DNA from: Gonapodya sp. JEL0774 | Lineage: Eukaryota | Length of the DNA: 45,617 nt | NCBI GenBank assembly: GCA_027604505.1 | Contig: JADIIX010000076.1 | Location: 62,001 to 107,617 of the forward strand | Reading direction: 5' to 3' | Shown here: one piece after another, positions 36,876 to 45,617 of the stretch | Position numbering within the stretch: the stretch's first letter is position 1 | Layout: each line of letters opens with the position of its first letter | Position numbers and translations under genes: made by a program | Notes under the pieces: model-generated | Databases searched by the model: none | The model's input: the letters and a program-made list of their open reading frames with translations, nothing else | What the model was told of the DNA's origin: nothing

Positions 36876-36976
36876 TGACAGAAATGATTGTCTGAAGTTA
36901 GTAGCGATTCAATCAGTGCTGTGGTCGATGCGGATCTGATCGTTGACACAGCCCGTCAAGAGCACGAACAAATAAC

Positions 36977-39900
36977 ATGGGAGCGACTTTGTCCACGCGT
37001 ATTGAATGGGGCACCGGATCTCAAGCGTCATCGACTTCAAAGCAGCCTCCCGTTGGGGCTCACAATCAGCAGGTTCTGCTGGAGCTGTCCAATTTTGTCA
37101 ACGATGTCTGCGCATTGCACCCGCCGGAATCCCGAGTGGAGTTTAGGAAGCCACTACAATGGCCGACTACTTTGAGGCCCTCCATTGTGTCAGGAGCTGA
37201 TTCTTCTGGACTTTTCAGGGTTGTGGGGGGTGACGGCAAGTGAGTCTTCCTCTGTAAGATCGACGATTCCAGGACCGAAGTCGTTACTCAGTACCATTAT
37301 CTCTCCATCTGCATGTCTCGGCTGACGGTGTTGTCTCTTTCTGTGGATACTGTTTGCGCTCGACTTGTCATTTCTTTCCATCATTTTAGATCCGTCAAGG
37401 GACTGATAAGCAGCATTGCGACCCGAGGAGATGGGCAACCAGTACTTCTTGTTGAAGAGATTCTCTCAGCGACTTCCATATCTTCTCCAAACAATGGGGG
37501 TTCCGAGGACGGCCGTCTTTTTATTGCCAAATGCTCAAGTTTTGAGTATCTTGGGAAATGGCTCCAACTTTCCGGGGACGGCCGTCTCAGGGAGATTGCC
37601 GAGATTGTTGGAGGTTTGTTTTAAGTATCATGGTCACGTTGTGGTTATAACGCCTAATACACGCCCCATACACACCCACACAGCGAATCGCGATCCACTT
37701 AACATAATCTTTGGTATCGCGGGGGGGCTTCCTACCGACGACCCTGGCGCACTCATGATTGCGGCCGCCGAGGCACTCGTGTCTGAGCCGGATGCTGTCA
37801 AGCGGGATGGGCTACTGAAACTATTCAAACTCCTGCTACTTGCAGAAGCTTGGGATCTCAAGAACTTGAGTGTGGCGCTTAAATCTGCAGAACGGTGAGT
37901 CGGGACAAGCACAACACACTGTCCTCTGCTCGGGTTGATGGTACTCGACGCTCATTCCAGGGATCGCAACCTTGATATGCACGCAATACATTCTGAGATC
38001 CAGCTTCTCCAATCTTTCTGTGGTCAAGAACAACGGAATGCACTAATTTCCATAGATTGGGAGTCTGATTATGTGTTTGCCAATGGATACCGTGCTCCGC
38101 CTTGGCGTCAAGTTGTCGGTGAGATGTGCTATGTAGAGTTGCACCCTGTGGACAAGGAGAAGGTGGTTGCGGCCGGTACAAAGAAAGGTTTTTACCTTAT
38201 CAAGGGATATGAGAAAGGTGTACAAGGTAAAAACGATCAGTCGGTCGGGTTTCTCTTCGAAACTGTTGCAATACAGAGTTTTTTCCTAACAGACGGTACC
38301 CTGCGCCTCAACTACGAAAAGACTTCCGATATGTTCCCAAATCTGTTAGAGCTGTTGCGGTGGTACAGTCCGCATTTCAATAAAACCATTGATCACCAGG
38401 ACTACCTCTATGAACCACGGCTCGGTAAGTACATGTCGGTTATGCTTGAGGCATTGCAGCGACTCTGAGTACATATTCTATGCATAGAACGTCGAGGACT
38501 GGAGAATGCTAGTGAGCGCGGTCATGTCAAGGAGGCAAGTCAAAGAATCTTCCCGCGAAGCTTTGCAAGTTTATAACCAAACCTCTCAACGAATTCAGGA
38601 AAGTGATGACGAGGTTCCTGGTGGAAGCCCGCAGGCAAATAACGCGTACAAAGAAAACAAATCTTTCTCCAAGGAGCCATCTAAGAAAAGTTCCTCTCCC
38701 GCGGATAAAAAAAAGCAGAATGCAGCCGCCGGTCCCAATGATAAAAAGGTCTCGATAACTGCGACGAAGCCTAATGAAGGTCCCAGCCTCAAATGGAAGG
38801 CTTTGGGGCTCACTGAGGATCCCCGACCCGTCAGACCGAAGAAATCAGCGCATCGATCGTCTGGAAGGTCTCAGGATCGGCGTGAAGCTCGCAACAAGGC
38901 AATGAAAAAGTTTGCGAGGCAGGGAAGCTGGGAAGAGGACGACTACGAGGAAACTGATAGCGATGGAAGCTCGGAGGAAGAAGTGATGGAAAAGCGGCAG
39001 GAAAATTGTGAGAGATCGAAGAAGTATGCATCAACTTTTTCCTGAACGCGCACTCATCACAATGCGAATACAGCCGAACTTCCAGCAGAATACTGGGCTA
39101 TCCAAAAGTTGGTCAAATATCTTCGCGTGGGCAACCAAACCGCCACGATCATCGCCATATGTGCTCTTCGTGATTTCGATTTGTCTGCAGAAACAAATCA
39201 ACTAGCCATCAGGGACGTCGGGGGCCTTGACCTCCTCGTTAATCTTCTGGACACTGATGACAACAAGTGTAAAATCGGAGCACTCGAAATTCTCAGAGAC
39301 GTTTCAGACAACGTTCAGATAAGGCAAGCTGTTGCGGAGTTGGATGGCATGCAACCTCTTGTGGAGCTTTTGAAGGACTCTAACGAGGAGCTCAAATGTT
39401 TGGCAGCCGTAACGATTGCGCATTGCGCGAGGAACGGTGAGAACCTCAACCGTCAAGTTCACACATTGCGAACACTGATTTGTATAAACCCAGCGCGTAA
39501 TCGAAGGGCCGTGAGGCGCTACGGTGGAATAAGGAAACTCGTTCGGCTCCTGAAAATGACGCCGGGATCCAGTGAGAAGGTAGCCATTTCTGGTGCATTG
39601 GCCCTGATGACCTGCAGTAAGAGTACCAAGAACAAAAGGGCAATACAGGACGCCGGTGCTGTTCCGCTGCTTGCGGCACTTCTGGAAAGCAAAAATGAGG
39701 ACGTGTTGGTACCGGTTGTTGGGATCTTGCAAGAGTGTGCCGAGGACGGTAGGAACTTTCGAAGAGTTTTTTTGGTTTGTTGCTCCTTTGACGAGTCCCG
39801 CATTGCAGAGAACTACCGAATCGCCATTCGTTCGTCTGGTATGATTAAGTTCTTGGTCGAAGACCTGTCAAGTAAAAACGAAGAACTTAAAAAGCACGCG

Positions 39901-41344
39901 GCGAATGCGATTTTTAAGTGTGCTGAAGACGGTGAGATCCTCCGACGCCAGTCGTATATCGAACTGTTCTCGAGCGTCTCCTCCCTAACTCAGCTGAGAC
40001 TCGCACACTCGTCCGCAGTTACAATGGACTAGATCCACTCGTCAAACTGTTAGATAACACGGCGAACAAAGAGTTGCTTGCTGCAGCAACTGGAGCCGTT
40101 TGGAAGTGTGCCCAGGACCTAGAGAACGTTGGGGTGTTTAACAAGCTCGCTGCTATCAAAAAGCTAGTCGGCCTTATGGAAAATCAACCAGAAGAGGTCT
40201 TGGTAAATGTAGTGGGAGCGCTGGGTGCTTGTGCTCAAACAGGTGCGATTGCTGTCACAGTTTCGTGTTTGTGTCCACACTGCATCTTAAATGGACCTTC
40301 ACTGTTCAAGCGGAGGGTCGAGATGCGATCCGGGGAGCCGGGGGTATCACTCCATTGGTAAATCTCCTCAGAGGTACCAATCAGTCCCTCCTCGTGAACG
40401 TGACAACTGCAGTTGGTGCTTGTGCCAAAGACGGTGAGTCAAACTGTGCCTGGAAGCCCGGCCGCGGTTGGTAGTAACAAGAGCGTTCCACCACCGTTCC
40501 TGAAAGCCGACAGTATGGCGATCATTGACAAACTAGACGGTGTTCGACTTCTATGGTCTTTGCTCAAATCGCCGAATCCTCAGGTTCAAGCAAGTGCCGC
40601 GTGGGCAATTTCACCGTGCATTGAGCACGGTAAGTTTCAAAAGTCTCAATCGATGCACTATGATAAATGGAATCCATTCTTTCTTCAGCGAAAGATGCGG
40701 GCGAAATGGTTCGATCGTTTGTCGGCGGTTTGGAGCTCATTGTGTCACTTTTGAAATCTCCCGACGTCCAAGTTCTTGCTTCCGTCTGTGCGGCTATTGC
40801 GAACATTGCCAAAGATGAGGAGAATTTAGCCGTGATCACAGATCATGGTGTCGTTCCTATGCTCGCTAAACTCACCAACACCAAAAACGACAAGTTGCGA
40901 AAACATCTTTCGGAAGCTGTGGCCCGGTGCTGCCGTTGGGGCAATAATAGAGTTGCATTTGGGACGGCGGGTGCAGTGGCTCCACTGGTCAAGTATCTGA
41001 AAAGCCCTGACGAGGGGGTTCATCGTGCTACTGCAGGGGCGTTGCATCAACTGTCGATGGATCGTGGGTTTTGCCTCAATCTCTGCTACGAAACCGACGT
41101 GCAGGTTAACAAACGATCGCCCTCTCATCAGCTGACAATTGTGTGACAATGCATGAACATGGCGTCGTTCAATTGTTATTAGGGATGGTGGGATCCCAGG
41201 ATGCTGCTCTTCAAGAAGCAGCTGCAGGCACTATTGGCAACATCAGGAGGTGAGAGGCGCACGAAATGTATCGAGAAGTTCGTATCCTAATGTGCTTCTT
41301 GATTTAGACTCGCTCTCGCATCTGAGAAGGCGGGCTTGGTATGA
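36977..41344 (+). CDS. ODAD2: Outer dynein arm docking complex subunit ARMC4/ODAD2, 15 inferred exons
   Basis: [55 protein letters not shown], armadillo repeats, [22 protein letters not shown] and [15 protein letters not shown]. The N-terminal region and [10 protein letters not shown] also match the ARMC4 family. Confidence 0.95.
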
Positions 41345-41387
41345 TCGAGTGAATAGAAAATGATAATTAGAAATAGTACATATATTA

Positions 41388-41896
41388 CTACGAGCTGTCC
41401 CCTCCCCCTGTAATTCTTGTTTCTGTGTTCTCTAATCCCCCTGGACTCGAAGAGGATGCAGTATTGCCAAATGCGATTGGTGGTGGAACTTTCGTTGGTG
41501 CATTGCTCCTCAATACCATCACGGCAGTGACAATGATCGCAACAATGACGACGAGGGCGAGAAATAGTCCCCCGATAATATAGTTCTCTGAAGATGGAAG
41601 GGAAAGTTGTAATGTGAAGATCACACGAGGCCGGTTGAGTGATACAGGGCAAAGTACTTACGCTTTCGCCTTGCCACTACTGGGTCTTCCGCATCTTCAT
41701 CATCTTCATCATCCAAGCTATCATCTGGTAATTCTGTTGTTTTGACTGGAGCTGGTGGATTGCGCTCAGCCGCGGACCGTTTCGGAGCCAAAGCATCATT
41801 GGAACCTGGTGAATCCGCTGGAGGAATAGGAAGTTCGGCGACTGACGACAGGGAGACCTGCGACAATTCTTTATTGTTGTCTTCAGAAGATGCCAT
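41388..41896 (-). CDS. Small single-pass membrane protein with an acidic disordered N-terminus; intron 41588-41661
   Basis: ORFs 41621-41896 and 41388-41624 join via C|GTAAGT...TTCAG|AG to give ARRKQNYIIGGLFLALVVIVAIIVTAVMVL. Confidence 0.7.
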
Positions 41897-42068
41897 TAAA
41901 TTGATGGTGAGAATTGCAGAACAATTGGATTGGGTATTTTGGTCCGATCATTCATGACACGGCTTCGCCGTCCCCGTGCACGAATTCACACGAGTCCTAT
42001 GTGCACAAACGGCAAAAACAATAATATTACGTGATACGACAGCCATAATTACTGCAAATCGAAACGTG

Positions 42069-45000
42069 TTATCCCTCACACCACATCCTCAGTGACGATC
42101 CAAAGTCCGCACCGCACTTCCGCCTCTTCCCAATGTTCTTCTCCTCCTTGAGAACAACTCGCCACTGCTCTATGACTTCAAGCACTTCAGGTAACCTTAC
42201 ATCACGATCTGGGGTGACGGGTACCACAGAACCATCCTCAGCGCGACGAGACACTGCATCTGGGCTTCGAGATCGACAGCGTTTGCACGACAAAGCCTGC
42301 GGTGGAGAGTGGCGCAAGAATTGCTTGTTGGTAGAGACTGGAAGGAGAGGGGTTGCGGACACGGAAAGGGGATTCCGTTGAGGGTGAAGTGGTGGCCGGT
42401 TGGATCGAGTGCATGAAATCATCGGAGGCACATGTATGGCCGATTTTGACCGCGAAGAAGCCAGCAAGAGTTTCCCATGGTATGGAGACATGGCTGCCGG
42501 AGGTTGAGGTGCGAACGGTGGCTCCTCATACTGTTCCCTGTGGTTGTGGACCAAGTCTTGATCATCCTGAGACTTTCCTGTCTGATGGCCCTCCGTTTCC
42601 AACACCGTCAATGATTCCAGCTCGTTGTCCACTTCGCATTGGAGCACAATTCCGTCCGCTCCACCATTTAGTCGATTCTGCTCTTGGTCTTCCCTGCACG
42701 AATCAGAGTTTCTTGTCACTCCAAAATCACAACCGCGTTGTGTTTTCAAATCTTTCGCAAATGCACCGGCTAGTGCGGTATAAACATGTTGTGTCTTGTT
42801 TGGCGTGCTATCAATTCGCCGTCCAGGAGCTTGATGGTGCGTTGGCACTTGCGCCATAACAGGCTTGCTCTCCTCTCTGAGCGTCACGACAACATCCTGT
42901 GCAGAATTGGGGACAGGCCTCGCTTGCCTCAGGCGTGCCAACAATCCCTCAATAACAGGGTCGGGCTCAGTCTTTTCGCGGGTCCGTGCCTCGCTACCCG
43001 GTGAATTGAAAGGCTTCGCTCCACCGGTTTCCCCGCGAAAATGATAATGTAAACCACTCAATTCCCCAATTGTGTTCTCGTGGACCCACCGTCCACCATC
43101 GACTTCAGGTTCGCCGCCTTCCCTGCGCAAATAGGGTGCGAGCATGTTGGCTATGGCACTCGCGTGCAGGTCGGGTTGGCGGGTGTCGAGTACGCAAGGA
43201 TGGACCGAAGTAGGACGAAGGCATGACACGAAGCGTACGAGTTCCCCTGGCGAAGAGTGGTGGGATAAGAGAACTTTCTGTGTGTTTACCCATAATACGT
43301 GAGCATGTTGCTCCTTTTGCAAGCACCCTCAAAAGAAACTCACGAGGCTCGGTACTTCAACTTGCTTTCCTTGCTTAACGACCAATTCCCTTGCCCACTC
43401 AACCCACCATTCGCCTCCTGCAGTCATCTTCTCCTTGACCTTCCCCTTCCTCCATCCACCCCTATCGTCTTCGTCCCCCGCTTCCACACTTCCCCAAGTC
43501 ATTGTAGTAGGTTTCAGATATGTGAGTTCCCCTCGGCGTGCTGCAGCGGCACAGAGCGGACACCATGTGCACGCGTGAATACGCGAGGCAGATGGGTCGC
43601 TAGTGAGATGCGCGAGAAGGGATTGAGGTAGCGAGCTATCAGGTGGGGAAGAGGCGAGGGTGCTGTAGAGTGCGAAAATGGCTTTCGGAACGTATACCTG
43701 AGTAGAAAAGACAGTTTTATCCTCAAACTGGGACCATTGATCGAGCTTATCCCCTGGCGGACATGAATCTTACTGCTTGTTGAATCAGCAGAGTCAACAC
43801 GGCCTTTCCAACTTGAGCAGGCACTCCTCTCATAGTACATATACCAGTAGATCACCCACCGTTTTCATCTCGCTGCAGTACCGACCAGATTCATAAAACC
43901 CACCTTCTCTCCCAAGACTCTCCCAATCGCCTCCCATAACCCCTCACTTCCCAGTCCAGAAGCCTGTAAATGGAACATTGATGTTCGCTGGGCCGAAGAG
44001 GAAGACCTTGTGCAAGCGGAAGAAGGAGATAGGAGGGGCTTTAAACGGGTAAGTAGGGAATTTATGGACTGCTCCTGCAGCCGTTGGGATTAAGCGACGA
44101 TTTAGTATTTAGTCTGTTGTTCAAGGTACCAGCACGAGCTTCAGAGGGCTCGCATAGTGTGAACTGTATCTCACGCGAAATCACAGTTCCCAACTCTCCG
44201 AGACCAGATAAGTAAGCTGTGCCAGCCGCGGCCGGTGCACAGATCTACCCGTACTCTGACATGTTTTTATCGGCGAATGACGGGCCATGCCACTGTTTCT
44301 CATCGACCCGTCATCAGCAAAAACTCTCACCTCCTCGGGGAACTCCCCCCAACTTTCATCCGCGAAACTCGTATCTAGATAAATCTTATCAATCCTTCTG
44401 ATTCTCGCTCGCGCATCGAGCATCGCTCCACCCTCCAGGCCCGTGGAGTGAAGTTGACTCAGGAAAGATGCGGAAGCACGGAGGTCGCCAGTGTAGAGGA
44501 GGGTGAATTCGCGAGAGGGGTGAAGAGACGTGCACGGAAGGAGAGTTTCGAACAGGAACATAGTGGAACCAGGGCAGTGGTTGGCCGAGATGAGTGTGAG
44601 GGTCGTGTAGGGTGGTAGACCTTCGAGGTCTGCAAGAGTTCGACAAGATGGGGTGGGCTCATCAATTCAACATTCTGCGATGACAATCTCATTTTTGAGA
44701 TTTGTCCTGATATTCTGGTTGTCAAATGATCATCCGGTATAACATCTCCCTTTCCCCCTGTGTTCGTTGACCGGTTTGCCCTCAAAGCTTGAGATCCCAC
44801 TTAAATACATCGACCCCTTCGACTTTACAAACAATTCATCGCGAGCACATGCCATTTACCATTGTATGGTCGCCCTAAATCAAGTGAGACGATGAACTTG
44901 TCTGAAACTGGCGGCAGTAATCGTTTGTGCCTCAAAATGGCAGCGGTCACATGAGAGCAATAGAGCGGTACATCGATGTTGGCTTTTTCGATTCCCTGAG

Positions 45001-45118
45001 TATGATCGGTGTGGGCGTGAGAGAGGAAAAACGCTGTGACATGCGGTGATCGAGCACCCCTGAAGTAGTCAACGCGGATGGAAGGAATTTCGCGTAATCG
45101 TCCATCGAAAGTCGACAT
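42069..45118 (-). CDS. DCLRE1C: Artemis (SNM1C) metallo-beta-lactamase/beta-CASP nuclease, multi-exon
   Basis: Artemis-type start MSTFDGRLREIPSIRVDYF, FFLSHAHTDH, ISANHCPGSTMFLF, LYTGDLR, IYLDTSF, beta-CASP SHHSS..EL..FVSCLRP..VHPCV, and a long disordered C-terminal tail. Confidence 0.9.
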
Positions 45119-45617
45119 CTCGGTTGCGAAGTGTTTCTTTGACGTTGGACCAAAAGCAACAAGAAATGACGGATCCACCTCTTGCCCACCAAGGCGGCCG
45201 TGCATGTGCGTGCGACTGACGTTGGTTTTATCAATTGAACTCTATCTGAACATCCAACTGGTGATCATCAATCACATAGAGCATACTAATTACAACGTTG
45301 CATTGGTATTGTGTCGGTATCAGAGGTTTCGAGCCTGAAGAATATATATGCATGAAATTCATCACATGGTAGTCGTTCTGTCACTTTGGAAAAACCAATT
45401 TAGCTCGATATTGAGCACACTGTGTATACTAAATGAAGACGCAGTGATGGTCAACAATGTACTGGACGGTCGAATCATGCATCAGGACGCGGTGACAAGA
45501 CCACACAGAAGACAGGCCGGTTTCTAAACAGATGGCGGGCGCAATTAAATTGAGGATATGGCGACGATCGACAACTGACATTTTGTGTCAACCATACCCT
45601 GCACATATTTGGAGTTG

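Noticed and set aside
45119..45617. Region upstream of Artemis with ORF 45078-45338 and an E2F-like TGGCGGG near 45533
   Set aside because: No coding signal, and the motif is too short to be meaningful alone.
1..45617. CRISPR arrays, transposons, tRNA/rRNA, prokaryotic defence systems, alternative genetic code
   Set aside because: I saw no repeat-spacer arrays, terminal repeats, transposase/RT motifs or RNA-gene signatures by eye. In-frame stops are explained by introns under the standard code.

Overview
Eukaryotic, intron-rich and very compact DNA, most likely from a flagellated (zoosporic, chytrid-grade) fungus. The evidence is two axonemal genes (DNALI1/p28, ARMC4/ODAD2), an Nrg1-like fungal zinc finger and many short introns. 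About 16 genes are present. In order: an unknown beta-propeller protein (5'-truncated), two doubtful small ORFs, a single-pass disordered membrane protein, an unknown protein, p28, Ku80, Cdc20, a Sec7/BIG ArfGEF, a tandem GST-kappa/DsbA protein, a C2H2 factor, an aldehyde dehydrogenase, a Sec14-GOLD protein, a BIRC6-like E2, ARMC4, a small TM protein and Artemis. I saw no RNA genes, CRISPR arrays or transposons. All exon-intron models were built by hand from frame continuity and remembered homology, not from transcripts. I found no clearly new multi-gene system. The best leads are: a BIR-less mini-BIRC6 with three MIU-like motifs; Ku80 with a DNA-PKcs-type tail in the same window as Artemis; a Sec7 with the brefeldin-A-resistance Leu; a bacterial-like, heavily intronised ALDH with a PTS1; and an excess of AAG splice acceptors.
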